Of a stretch of 64,000 bases of DNA, positions 32,824 through 43,026 are shown piece by piece (within the stretch, counting starts at the first letter, position 1; each line of letters begins with the position of its first letter). The notes under the pieces are model-generated. The model was not told the DNA's origin and did not search any database. It was given only the letters and a program-made list of their open reading frames with translations. The position numbers and the translations under genes were made by a program. Origin of the DNA: Longimicrobiales bacterium (lineage in GTDB: Bacteria > Gemmatimonadota > Gemmatimonadetes > Longimicrobiales > Gaopeijiaceae); NCBI GenBank assembly GCA_965226375.1, contig CBDDCX010000006.1:416001-480000 (forward strand). Reading direction: 5' to 3'.

Positions 32824-35193
32824 GTGCTTCTCCCCATACTCGCGGTACTCCAGGTCGCCGCCGGCCCCTTGAACGGCGCCGCCTCGCAAACTACCTACCG
32901 GGGTGTGCTCACTCAGCTCGAAGTGACACCACCCAGAATCGAAGAAGAGATCCAGGTTGATGGACTTCTCGATGAAGGGGCTTGGAGGAGAGCCGCAGTC
33001 CTCACAGGCTTCTCGCAATACCAGCCCATGGACGGCGTGCCGGCCGACGACCGAACAGAGGTGCTCGTCTGGTACTCATCGAGCGCGATCCACTTCGGGA
33101 TCCGTGCCTTCGAGCCTCACGGCGTTGTTAACGCGACGCTGGCCGATCGCGACAACATCAACAACGACGATCACCTGCAGCTCTTGATCGATCCGTTCAA
33201 CGACGGTCGCCGCGCCCTTGTCTTCGGTGTGAATCCCCTGGGTGTGCAGGCCGACGGAATGAGGGTGGAACGAGGGTTCCAACGCACCAACTCCACGAGG
33301 GGCGCCACCAGCCCCGTGGATCTGTCACCGGACTTTCTCTACGACTCGAGGGGTCTCATCACGGACTACGGTTACGCGGTAGAAGTACGGATTCCGTTCA
33401 AGAGCCTCACGTTCCAGCCGAGCGAGATCCAGGACTGGGGCATCAATATCATCCGGCGGGTGCAGCACTCGGGAAGGGATCAGACCTGGACACCCGCGCT
33501 TCAAAGCCGAGCCTCGTTCTTGGCCCAAAGCGGCACCTTGTTGTCACTACAAGGCATGAATCGGGGGCTCGTGCTCGACGTCAACCCAGTGGTCACGACC
33601 TCCATTGCGGGCTCCCCGGCTGACGCCGGGGGTTCCCCCTCGGAGGCGGGGTGGAACTACGACGGGAACACTCCGGAGTTGGGCGGCACGCTCAGATGGG
33701 GGCTGACGAACAACCTCACGTTTACCGGCACCGTGAACCCCGACTTCTCACAGGTGGAGGCAGACGTCGGGCAGACCGACTTCAACCCGCAACGCTCCAT
33801 CATCTTTCCGGAAAAGCGCCCGTTCTTTCTAGAGGGTAGTGAGAGCTTTCAGACCCCGAACAATCTCATCCACACACGAAGGATCGCGAACCCGGTAGGC
33901 GCGGCGAAGCTGACGGGTAAGATCTCGGGAACAGAGGTGGGATTCCTGACGGCCGTGGACGACAAGGCGCTGTCTGAGTCCGGCCTCGACAACCCCATCT
34001 TCAACATCCTTCGCATCAAGAGAAACATCGGCGAGGAATCCACGGTCGGCGTCGTGTACACGGACCGCATGGAGGGGTCGGACTACAACCGCGTGATCGG
34101 GGCCGACAGCCGAATCATCGTCGGCGGGAACTACGACTTTCAGGCTCAGGGTACCGTGACCCTCGACCGAAAGGACGAGCAAACCGACGACGCATACATG
34201 TGGGATGTGAGCTTGCGACGTACCGGGCGCAGATTCGGCTTCAACACCAATTTCACCGCGTACGATGACGATCTCGCCTTGGGCAGCGGGTTCGTACGAC
34301 GCTCGGGAACGGTGCGCATCGGTGGCTCACCCAGCCTCACCTTCTACGGCGAAGAGGGCGACCGGCTGGAGCAGTATCGAGTCAGCCTCAACCTCTCTTA
34401 TACATGGCTGTACGACACCTTCTTGAACGGGGGGAGCGTCGACGACGCGATCCGCTTCACATTCGGGAACAACTTCATCTTCCGTGGAGGATGGGTGCTG
34501 GGTGCGTCGGTTCTGATCGAGGAATTCTATTACCCGCCCACCTTGTACGCCGACTACTTTGTCGAGCTTCAGTCACCCACCGGAACGGAGTACGCCCCCT
34601 ACGTGGGCACGCCGGCGCTTCAGAACTACCTGCTGTCCTTGCGGTTGAGTACTCCAAGCTCCCAGCGCTTCACGGGCAGCATCTCGTGGATCGGGGGCCA
34701 GGACGAAAACTTCAACGAGTGGGCCTCGGCATACATCAGCTTCCTGACAATCCAAGCGACATGGCGACCTACGGATCAACTTCGGATCGAGGGCAGGTTG
34801 GTGAACCAGAGGGGCTACCGCCCGGACGACTGGAGCGCGGAACGTAAGGTCGACATCCCCCGCCTCAAGTTGGAGTACCAGCTTACGCGCTCGATCTTCT
34901 TCCGCTTTGTGGGCCAGTATCAGGCGACCAACATCGACGACCTTCACGACCAATCGAGAACCGAGGCTCCCATCTACATTCGCAACGACGAGGGGGTCCT
35001 GGAACGCGCGCTGGCCTGGACCCAGAACGACGTCCGCCTCGACGCACTGTTCTCGTACGAACCCAGTCCCGGGACGGTCATCTTCGCCGGATACGGCAGC
35101 AGTATGACCGAAGGTGACTCATTCCATTTCGACAGCCTGGAACGCACGAGTGACGGGTTCTTCATGAAGCTGAGCTATCTGTTCCGGATGTAG
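32824..35193 (+). CDS. CBM9-like + DUF5916 outer-membrane protein, paralog 3
   Basis: Same motifs; intact ORF. Confidence 0.92.
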   Translation: MLLPILAVLQVAAGPLNGAASQTTYRGVLTQLEVTPPRIEEEIQVDGLLDEGAWRRAAVLTGFSQYQPMDGVPADDRTEVLVWYSSSAIHFGIRAFEPHGVVNATLADRDNINNDDHLQLLIDPFNDGRRALVFGVNPLGVQADGMRVERGFQRTNSTRGATSPVDLSPDFLYDSRGLITDYGYAVEVRIPFKSLTFQPSEIQDWGINIIRRVQHSGRDQTWTPALQSRASFLAQSGTLLSLQGMNRGLVLDVNPVVTTSIAGSPADAGGSPSEAGWNYDGNTPELGGTLRWGLTNNLTFTGTVNPDFSQVEADVGQTDFNPQRSIIFPEKRPFFLEGSESFQTPNNLIHTRRIANPVGAAKLTGKISGTEVGFLTAVDDKALSESGLDNPIFNILRIKRNIGEESTVGVVYTDRMEGSDYNRVIGADSRIIVGGNYDFQAQGTVTLDRKDEQTDDAYMWDVSLRRTGRRFGFNTNFTAYDDDLALGSGFVRRSGTVRIGGSPSLTFYGEEGDRLEQYRVSLNLSYTWLYDTFLNGGSVDDAIRFTFGNNFIFRGGWVLGASVLIEEFYYPPTLYADYFVELQSPTGTEYAPYVGTPALQNYLLSLRLSTPSSQRFTGSISWIGGQDENFNEWASAYISFLTIQATWRPTDQLRIEGRLVNQRGYRPDDWSAERKVDIPRLKLEYQLTRSIFFRFVGQYQATNIDDLHDQSRTEAPIYIRNDEGVLERALAWTQNDVRLDALFSYEPSPGTVIFAGYGSSMTEGDSFHFDSLERTSDGFFMKLSYLFRM

Positions 35194-35246
35194 CCGGATC
35201 CTCGTGCCTGGTCTCCGCCCGACTCCCTCCCGATCTGAAACGCCCC

Positions 35247-36201
35247 GTGCGAGCGGGTAGCGCCCGGATGCGGGCATCTCTCGCTCACGCAGCCCGGATC
35301 GCCGTCCTCCTCAACGCAGTGGCACAGATCGGCCTGCCGCACCCCATCGTTGGACAGGGGTCGACCGGATCACTCGAGCACATCGTCATCCCTCGCCTGA
35401 TCGGGGAAATCGATTTCGATGGACGGGTGGACGAACCCGCATGGGCGGCGGTGCCCGTATTCCCCGCCACCATGCACACCCCGCACTTCGGACTGGCGCC
35501 GAGCGAAGCCACCGAATTCCGAGTGGCACATGACGAAAGGCACCTCTACGTATCGTGTCGCGCCTACGACTCCGAGCCGTCGGGAGTCCGTGCTTCATCC
35601 CTCAAGCGTGACCTGGGTGGGTACGCGAGCGATTGGTGCATTCTCATTCTCGACACCTTCAACGACAAGGAGACGTCGTTGCTGTTCGGCACGACCCCAG
35701 CGGGCCTACGAACGGACATCGTCTTCGCCAACGACACGGAGGCGGGCGCCAACTTCAACTGGAACACCTTCTGGGACGCAGCTGAGGGTGAACGTCTCAG
35801 CGGAGGCCGGAGGGTTCTTCGACGGCAGCATCGCATCGGCGTCCCTGACGGGCACGTGGACCCCGTCCAAACACTTCGAGCTCGACACGACGTATCGGAT
35901 AGAAGACGTCCGCTTCGACGATCGAGATCAGGGGTTTACTGCGCACATTCTCAGGCTACGGACCGCGGCCCGACTGGATACCCGGTTCAGCAGCGGAGCC
36001 TTGATCCAATACAACAGCACTGCCAGCTCGGTGACGGTCAACCTGCGGGTGCGCTATAACCCGAGAGAAGGAACCGATCTGTACCTGGTCTGGAACGAAG
36101 GCCTGGTGACGGATCGGTTCAGATTCGACCCGGTCCGCCCACTGAGCGACAGCCGTACACTTCTACTCAAGTACTCTCAGACCCTGACCCTGGGGCTCTA
36201 G
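35247..36201 (+). pseudogene. Fourth, more divergent DUF5916-type gene with a large out-of-frame internal deletion
   Basis: The N-terminal CBM9-like part (FDGRVDE, ILDTFND, NFNWNTFWDA) joins near 35783 to the last barrel strands (NLRVRYNPREGTDLYLVWNE...LLKYS) in another frame. Confidence 0.8.
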
Positions 36202-36269
36202 CGTCAGAATTCGGGTAGCCCACTCAGGGTGGGCCGACAACCCCATAGCGGGGACCAAGGCGTGCCCCT

Positions 36270-37133
36270 CTAGGGAATGCGGTCGCCCGCCGCGGTCCGT
36301 TCGCCCTCCCAGAGAAGCTCGATGCCCCCCTGCCGCGCTCCCTCCTCGATCATACGGAGCGTCATCTCGGGTGCGACATCGAAGAGTTGGCCGTTTCGCA
36401 TGAACCCGATCATGAGCTCCCCGTTGCCGGCCGGAATCAGCTCTACTACGCCACGTCCCCACCGTCCTACGAGTTGGTCACCCTCCTCGCTGATCTCGAG
36501 AGGCACCGTGAGGGGGCCTCCGGTAGTGGGGTCATTGCCGTCCAATCGGTATCGGCCCACGAACGACGCCCGTTCGGTCGCCGACAGCGTCTCGGCGACG
36601 AACTCGGGCGCTTCGATCGTGAGCGGCACATAGGTGGTGCCCCAGTGCACGCGGACCTCCACCATCGACGGGCCCACAACCGGGAAGTACCACGCGAGAG
36701 CCTCCATGTGGGAGCCTTCCTGTGGTTCGACCGTAAAGCTGAGTAGTTGTTGATCCTCGGGCACGGGCGTGTCGTGATAGAGACGCCATGCACGGTTCAA
36801 GAAGACCGTCCACGTATCAGCTTGAGGCTGCATCCACACCGAGTACTTCCCCGCGGGAACGAGATGTCCGTTGAGCTCGATATCCTTGTCCACCTCCATG
36901 GTGGTGGCCCAATTGGCCCCAGAGGTCCACATCTCACCCCAATGGACGACACCCCCGAACAGGTTGTCGCGGCCGCGAGCGACCGGGCGGCCGAAATCGA
37001 ACGTAATGCTCGTGCCGTTGACTATCTGATTGACGGTGCCCCGCTCGCTGCCTCTCGGCTGAGCGGCAAGCGTGTTGGGCACGAGCAAGGCCACAAGGGC
37101 CAGGGCGAACAAACAACCGCGGACAGTGGTCAT
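36270..37133 (-). CDS. DUF2911-domain secreted protein
   Basis: Signal peptide, RPVARGRDNLFG, WTSGANWAT, VPAGKYS and HWGTT. Confidence 0.85.
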   Translation of the reverse strand: MTTVRGCLFALALVALLVPNTLAAQPRGSERGTVNQIVNGTSITFDFGRPVARGRDNLFGGVVHWGEMWTSGANWATTMEVDKDIELNGHLVPAGKYSVWMQPQADTWTVFLNRAWRLYHDTPVPEDQQLLSFTVEPQEGSHMEALAWYFPVVGPSMVEVRVHWGTTYVPLTIEAPEFVAETLSATERASFVGRYRLDGNDPTTGGPLTVPLEISEEGDQLVGRWGRGVVELIPAGNGELMIGFMRNGQLFDVAPEMTLRMIEEGARQGGIELLWEGERTAAGDRIP

Positions 37134-37237
37134 ACCAGGAGATTCTCCAGGATAGAGGACGGGTAACACGAGAGGTGTACACCTCCTGAGCGAAGGGGAG
37201 CCGGTAGGGCAGGTGGACGAACCGTTCTCACGAACGC

Positions 37238-38239
37238 TTATTCGTCCTGTTGGAAACCAGCGTCGAAGGCCGTCTCCGCCGGCGGAAAGTCGATCTCCCG
37301 AACGAAGCGGCACGCCTCCAGCGCACCGTGCTCCCGGTCCATGCCCGCGTCCTCCCACTCGACAGACAGGGGGCCCTGATACCCGACGCGGTTGAGAGCC
37401 CGGATCACCTCTTCGAAGGGTACTCGTCCACGCCCCAGCGATCGGAAATCCCAGGACCGATCCGCATGCCCGAACGGCAGGTGCCCCCCGAAAACGCCCG
37501 ACGGCATCGGAGTCTCGGACCACCATACGTCCTTCATGTGAGCATGGAAAATGCGTGACTCGAATTGGAGAATGAACGCGACGCAGTCCACCCCTTGGTA
37601 CGCGAGGTGCGACGGATCGTAGTTGAACCCGAAGCTCTCTCGATACCCTACAGCTTCCAGCGCCCGCTCGGCGGTAACGATATCGAAGGCGATCTCTGTC
37701 GGATGCACCTCCAAAGCGAACCGCACCCCCACCTCATCGAACACGTCCAGAATCGGATTCCAGAGCTCCGCGAACTCCGCGAAGCCCCGCTCGATCGTTT
37801 CGGTACTCACGGGAGGAAACGAGTAGAGGAACGGCCAGATCGGGCTCCCGGTAAAGCCGTTCACCACGTCGAGCCCCATGTTGGCCGCGGCTCGCGCGGT
37901 CTGCTTCATCTCCTCGGCGGCACGGGAGCGGACGCCGTGCGGATCGCCGTCTCCCCAGACGTGCGGGGGCAGGATGTCCCGGTGACGCTCATCAACAACG
38001 TCCGCGACGGCTTGGCCAACCAGATGGTTGCTGATGGCCCACACGCCGAGTCCGTGCTTCTCCAAAAGTGCACGACGTTCCTGGCAGTACCCCGGGTCCT
38101 GCGCCCCGCGTGTCACGTCGAAGTGATCGCCCCAGCAGGCCAACTCCAGGCCGTCGTATCCCCACTCGGCCGCCTTACGACAGAGTTCTTCAAGGGGTAG
38201 GTCGGCCCATTGGCCAGTGAAGAGGGTTACCGGTCGCAT
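37238..38239 (-). CDS. Sugar phosphate isomerase/epimerase family (TIM barrel)
   Basis: [35 protein letters not shown] and SVEWED. Confidence 0.93.
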   Translation of the reverse strand: MRPVTLFTGQWADLPLEELCRKAAEWGYDGLELACWGDHFDVTRGAQDPGYCQERRALLEKHGLGVWAISNHLVGQAVADVVDERHRDILPPHVWGDGDPHGVRSRAAEEMKQTARAAANMGLDVVNGFTGSPIWPFLYSFPPVSTETIERGFAEFAELWNPILDVFDEVGVRFALEVHPTEIAFDIVTAERALEAVGYRESFGFNYDPSHLAYQGVDCVAFILQFESRIFHAHMKDVWWSETPMPSGVFGGHLPFGHADRSWDFRSLGRGRVPFEEVIRALNRVGYQGPLSVEWEDAGMDREHGALEACRFVREIDFPPAETAFDAGFQQDE

Positions 38240-38244
38240 GGTCG

Positions 38245-39417
38245 TTACTCCTCCTGTCCGGGAGGCTCGTAAGCCCCCGACACCCAGGCTCCCCGGCGCC
38301 CGCTCTCCACCGCCGCCTCGATGAAGTGGACGCCCCGCGCCCCGTCCTGGACCGTGGGAAAATCGCCGGCGAACGGGTTCGGCTCTGAGCTGCCCTCCCG
38401 GGCCTGTAGCGTGTGCGCGACGTTGCGGTAGAGGTTCGCGAACGCCTCGATGAACCCCTCCGGATGCCCGCCCGGCAGCCTCGTGTGGGCCTGGGCACGA
38501 TCGGACAGATCCGAGCCACCCACATGAAGCACCGTCTCGGTGCCATCCGGCGACATGAGCCTGAGGCGATCCGGGGATTCCTGATCCCAATCCAATCCTC
38601 CTTCGGTGCCATAGATCCGGAGCCGAAGATGGTTGCGCTCCCCCACAGCGATCTGGGAGGCGAAAAGAAGACCCCTCGCGCTACCTTCGAAGTGGAGGAG
38701 GAGCGTGGCGTCGTCTTCGAGGGCCCGACCGGAAACCACGGTGCCGAGGTCCGCGAAAAGACTCTCGATTTCGAGACCGGTCACATAACGGGCCAGGTTG
38801 TGGGCGTGCGACCCGATGTCCCCAAGCGCCGACGAGATTCCAGCGCGGGTCGGATCGGCTCTCCATTCCGCCTGCTTGTGGCCCTCGGCCTCCAGCAACG
38901 TGGCGAGCCATCCCTGCGAATACTCGACCACCACCTTCCGCACCGTTCCCAGGGCTCCCGAACGGACTCGCTCTCGCGCCTCCTTCACCATGGGGTAACC
39001 GGTGTAGTTGTGGGTCACCGCAAAGACACGATCTTTCTCTGAGGCCAGGCGACAGAGGACCTCTGCGTCTTCCAGAGAGGTCGTGAGCGGCTTGTCGCAC
39101 ACGACGTGAAACCCCGCCTCGAGAAACGCGCGGGCCACCGGAAAGTGGAGGTGGTTCGGCGTAACGATGGAGACGACCTCGATGCGCTGATCGGCGGGCA
39201 GTGCCGCCTCGGCCCGGACCATCTCTTCGTAGGATGCGTAGGCCCTCTCGGGATTGAGGCCCAGCTCCGCGCCGGTCTGCCTGGAGAGCTCCGGGTCCGA
39301 GGAGAACGCACCCGCAACGAGCCCGAACTGGCCGTCGAGCGCCGCCGCCATTCGGTGCACGGGTCCGATGAAGGCCCCGGGGCCACCGCCCACCATGCCG
39401 TAACGGACAACCTTCAC
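38245..39417 (-). CDS. Gfo/Idh/MocA-family oxidoreductase
   Basis: [23 protein letters not shown] and GDIGSH. Confidence 0.93.
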   Translation of the reverse strand: MKVVRYGMVGGGPGAFIGPVHRMAAALDGQFGLVAGAFSSDPELSRQTGAELGLNPERAYASYEEMVRAEAALPADQRIEVVSIVTPNHLHFPVARAFLEAGFHVVCDKPLTTSLEDAEVLCRLASEKDRVFAVTHNYTGYPMVKEARERVRSGALGTVRKVVVEYSQGWLATLLEAEGHKQAEWRADPTRAGISSALGDIGSHAHNLARYVTGLEIESLFADLGTVVSGRALEDDATLLLHFEGSARGLLFASQIAVGERNHLRLRIYGTEGGLDWDQESPDRLRLMSPDGTETVLHVGGSDLSDRAQAHTRLPGGHPEGFIEAFANLYRNVAHTLQAREGSSEPNPFAGDFPTVQDGARGVHFIEAAVESGRRGAWVSGAYEPPGQEE

Positions 39418-39448
39418 GCGCGAGGAGCCCTAGAGGCAGCGTTGAAGA

Positions 39449-39715
39449 TCATGCCCCGAGGCTCTCGACGACGTAGCCGCCGGCCCTTCGATCCCGCGCA
39501 TAGAGCGTTCCAAAGATCACCGTCAACAGTCCGCACAGCGGGACCAGGTAACGGAAAGAGATCCGGCCCCCGTAGTTATCCGCCGGCCCGAGCACCGACC
39601 GGGCCTCGGCAAAGGCCACCGAGGTAGCGATGAGCGCGACGCAACTTCCGAGAAAGAGTCGCTTGTCGTGGAAGGTGGCGCCGCCCGGGGAATCGGCCGA
39701 GAGAGAGTCGGTCAT
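39449..39715 (-). pseudogene. MFS transporter reduced to its first and last helices by an in-frame deletion
   Basis: RLFLGSCVALIATSVAFA (TM1-like) is fused to GGRISFRY...IFGTLYARDRRAGGY (last TM-like); 88 aa; sits at the permease position of the operon. Confidence 0.7.
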
Positions 39716-39717
39716 GG

Positions 39718-40476
39718 TCAAGCTAGTCCAAGGTGCTCGAGCACCTCGCGGGGCGGGGGATCCCACCGCGCCAGCGGTACGTTGCCGATGTATTGGAGAT
39801 CCTGCATCCCCTCTTCGGTGGTCCAGAAGGCGCCGGCCGTGAGATCACGAATCCGGGCAAAGAAACGAGCACCGGCCTCGAATCCCGGCGCCGCATCAGG
39901 CACATGGGCGATGTCGGCGCAGATCTCGTCTCGACGAGCGGGCCTCAGGTCGCGGAAGCGCGTGCCCTGTCCGAAACGGCGCCCCGACTCGGAGTCCAGC
40001 CACACCAGGCCTCCCCTGACGAGCACCCGATCCCGGCCCATCCCTTCATATGGGGCGCTCACCCACTCGTCGATGTAGTGGTGGGCACCCACGGCACTCG
40101 CCGCAGGCGAGCGGCCGTCGGCCGGGATGATCACGTCGCAGAGAACGGCCAGCGTATCCAACTCGTCCTGTGTAAGGACTCGCTCCCAGGGGATCACCGG
40201 AGCCAGCAGATCCGGGTCCGCAGCCGTCCCGGCGGCCAGAACATTACGAGCCGGCACTGCGGCTCCCCCGGCCGGCCGCTGGGTACTGGCGCATGACGCC
40301 AGGCCGGGAGTGGCCGCGGCCACCGCCATCACTTTCAAGGCCATACGCCGGTCCATGGATCCCTGCGCAGGGCTACCGGTGGGCGAGACCACGGGCAGGT
40401 TCGTCCCGCGAGCCTTCCGCGCGTCAGCTCCTGGCGCCGAGTCGGTGCGGACCGGGTGATTCCTATCCTCGCTCAT
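39718..40476 (-). CDS. Gluconate 2-dehydrogenase subunit 3 family protein (Tat partner of the GMC enzyme)
   Basis: MDRRMAL Tat motif, LCDVIIPAD and FWTTEEGMQDLQYIGN. Confidence 0.88.
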   Translation of the reverse strand: MSEDRNHPVRTDSAPGADARKARGTNLPVVSPTGSPAQGSMDRRMALKVMAVAAATPGLASCASTQRPAGGAAVPARNVLAAGTAADPDLLAPVIPWERVLTQDELDTLAVLCDVIIPADGRSPAASAVGAHHYIDEWVSAPYEGMGRDRVLVRGGLVWLDSESGRRFGQGTRFRDLRPARRDEICADIAHVPDAAPGFEAGARFFARIRDLTAGAFWTTEEGMQDLQYIGNVPLARWDPPPREVLEHLGLA

Positions 40477-42254
40477 CCGATGCTCCCGCGTTGGAGCTCG
40501 TCCACCAGGTAGTCGACCGCCCGCCACGCGATGGCCATGATGCTCAATGTCGGATTCTTGTCTGCGTTGGACACGAAGCAGCCACCGTCGGTGACGAACA
40601 GGTTGTCCACCTCCCACGACTGGCAGAAGGAGTTCAGCACCGACCGGGAGGGATCGTCCCCCATGATCACACCCCCCACCTCGTGGATGATCTGGCCGGG
40701 ATTCTGGATGGAATCGGCCCCGTCGTCATGGATGGTGCTCAGGACCCGCCCCCCCATCGACTCGATGATTTCCGCGAAGGTGCGCTGCATGTGCCTGCTC
40801 TGGTTCAACTCGTGGTCCGACCACTTCCAGTTGAAGCGGAGGACCGGAATGCCCCACTGATCCACCGTATCCGTATCGATCTCGCAGTAGCTGTCCTCGT
40901 TGGGGATCATCTCCCCGCGCCCGTCGAAACCCAGGAACGAACCGTAATAACGGCGGCAGTCCTCCTTGAAAGCCTGCCCGTACGAGCCCTCGGTAAAGCG
41001 CTCCAGGCGGCTGAACGATCCGCCGCTCGGCATGCGCCGACCCCCGCCGAACTCGATGTGGTAGCCCCGCGCGAAGTCCAAGCGCCCGCGCGCCTGTTCC
41101 CCATACAGCCACCAGGGCATGTACAGGTGCATCGCCGAGGCACCGTCGCTGTTGTGCGGCGGCATGCTTTCCATGGCGGGAATCTGGCCCGACACCCCCG
41201 CACCCACCGTGTCCATGAGGTATTTCCCCACCAGTCCGCTGCCGTTGGCGAGACCGTCCGGGAATTGGCTGCTCTTCGAGTTCAGCAGAATGCGAGCCGA
41301 CGAACAGGCACTGGCAGCCAGGACCACGACCCGCGCACTGACGTGCTCGTCGAGTCGCGTGTGCTTGTCGATGTAATGGACACCGGTAGCCCTACCCTGT
41401 GCATCCACGGTCACCTCTCGGACCATGGCGCCGGTGACGACATCCACATTGCCCGTGGCCACGGCGGGTGGAATCACGACCGTGGTAGACTGAAAGTTAG
41501 CCTTGATGGAGCATCCCCGACCACACGGAGTCGCCCAGAAACACGCCGCCCGGGAGCGCATGGACTCGCCGAGGACGCGCTGGGCCAACGGGTTGTTCGG
41601 GTGGATGAGCCCCGGAAGGCTCTCGTGATCCTGCACTTCGGAGAGGATGGCCAGGTGGGCTGGAATCACCGGAATGTCGAGATCGGCACACGCTCGCTGT
41701 GTATAGAGCTCGTGCGCACGCGGAGCGGGAGCTGGTTGAAGAACGCCGGGGGAGGAGTCGGGCGTGTTTTCGAGCCCTTCGTTGGACCCGTAGACCCCGA
41801 TGAGCCTCTCGGTCTTGTCGTAGTACGGAGCCAGGTCCTCGTAGGTCATGGGCCAATCGAAGCCCAACCCATCGCGAGACCTGGGCTTGAAGTCGTACGC
41901 GCCCATGCGAAGGGAGATCCGGCCCCAGTGGTTGGTGCGGCCACCGAGCATGCGCGCCCGCCACCAACGGAACTCGGTGCCTTCAGCACTGGTGTACGGC
42001 TCGCCCGGGACCTCCCATCCCCCATCCACCGTGGCGTCGTAGAAGCCGAACGGCTTCTCGGGCGTGCCCCCTCCCCGGAGCGGTGCGTCCTTGGGAAGGT
42101 TGAACATCGGAGTCTCGGTGGTGGGATCGTAGTCCCGCCCCGCCTCGAGCAAGAGTACCTTCACACCCGCCACGGCCAGCAGGTACGCACACATACCACC
42201 GGCGGCACCGGACCCGACTATGATCACGTCGTACTGTTGCCGAGCTTGGCTCAC
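40473..42254 (-). CDS. GMC-family oxidoreductase (glycoside 3-dehydrogenase-like)
   Basis: YDVIIVGSGAAGG, LGGRTNHWG, IHEVGG and DKNPTLSIMA. Confidence 0.93.
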   Translation of the reverse strand: MSQARQQYDVIIVGSGAAGGMCAYLLAVAGVKVLLLEAGRDYDPTTETPMFNLPKDAPLRGGGTPEKPFGFYDATVDGGWEVPGEPYTSAEGTEFRWWRARMLGGRTNHWGRISLRMGAYDFKPRSRDGLGFDWPMTYEDLAPYYDKTERLIGVYGSNEGLENTPDSSPGVLQPAPAPRAHELYTQRACADLDIPVIPAHLAILSEVQDHESLPGLIHPNNPLAQRVLGESMRSRAACFWATPCGRGCSIKANFQSTTVVIPPAVATGNVDVVTGAMVREVTVDAQGRATGVHYIDKHTRLDEHVSARVVVLAASACSSARILLNSKSSQFPDGLANGSGLVGKYLMDTVGAGVSGQIPAMESMPPHNSDGASAMHLYMPWWLYGEQARGRLDFARGYHIEFGGGRRMPSGGSFSRLERFTEGSYGQAFKEDCRRYYGSFLGFDGRGEMIPNEDSYCEIDTDTVDQWGIPVLRFNWKWSDHELNQSRHMQRTFAEIIESMGGRVLSTIHDDGADSIQNPGQIIHEVGGVIMGDDPSRSVLNSFCQSWEVDNLFVTDGGCFVSNADKNPTLSIMAIAWRAVDYLVDELQRGSIG

Positions 42255-43003
42255 GGCAGTCGTCGAATCTTGATGTTGCGGAAAGCCGCCCGGTCCCCGT
42301 GATCCTGAAGTCCGATATGGCCCTTCGAAGCCCGCCCGTACTCGGGCCAGTCGTTGAACTTGCTGGCGGCGACGCGCTCCAACCAGTCGGGGCTGCCGAA
42401 CTCGTAGGACACGATGTGCACACCGTTCATCCAATGCTCCACGTGGTCGCCGTTCACGATGATACGGACGAAGTTCCATTCGCCGGCGAACCGCGCGAGC
42501 CCTCGAGGAGCCGGGTGCAGTCCGTAGTTCGCACCTGCTGAGGTGAGGGCGGACCCGCCGTCCCCGTGATTCTCATCGTCGAGGGCCTGCATCTCCGGAG
42601 CCCCCATGTAGATCTGTTCGAGACCCTCCACCGCACGGTAGAAGATGCCGCTGTTCCCTCCCAGCTCCACCTTCCACTCCAAGGTCAGGTCGAAGTTCTC
42701 GAACTGCTCGGTGGTGATGATGTCCCGACCCGGTCCGACTCGAGTGAGCTCGCCGTCCACTACCCGCCAGCCGTCGGGCACCTCCTCCATCATGTAGCCC
42801 CGCCAGCCGGCGGTGGTCCGGCCGTCGAAGAGGAGTTCCCAGCCGGCTTCGCGCTCGGCGTCCGTGAGCGTGTTGATGGGTGGTCCCTGAGGCTCCATCT
42901 CCTGCGCCGCAGCCGACCCCGCCGATAGCAGTGGGCCGGCGGAGAGAACGCCGACCAGGACGGCCGAGAGCCGGTACCGAACCACGCGGGGTCGCCACTT
43001 CAC
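42251..43003 (-). CDS. DUF1080 (3-keto-disaccharide hydrolase-like) secreted protein
   Basis: GWELLFDG, GGNSGIFY and GHIGLQDHGDRAAFRNIKIR; start approximate. Confidence 0.9.
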   Translation of the reverse strand: MKWRPRVVRYRLSAVLVGVLSAGPLLSAGSAAAQEMEPQGPPINTLTDAEREAGWELLFDGRTTAGWRGYMMEEVPDGWRVVDGELTRVGPGRDIITTEQFENFDLTLEWKVELGGNSGIFYRAVEGLEQIYMGAPEMQALDDENHGDGGSALTSAGANYGLHPAPRGLARFAGEWNFVRIIVNGDHVEHWMNGVHIVSYEFGSPDWLERVAASKFNDWPEYGRASKGHIGLQDHGDRAAFRNIKIRRLP

Positions 43004-43026
43004 CACGCCCCCTACCCAGACCCCGG

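Noticed and set aside
27866..35193. DUF5916 paralogs as template/variable repeats of a diversity-generating retroelement
   Set aside because: No reverse transcriptase in the window; the differences I saw are mostly synonymous and not adenine-specific.
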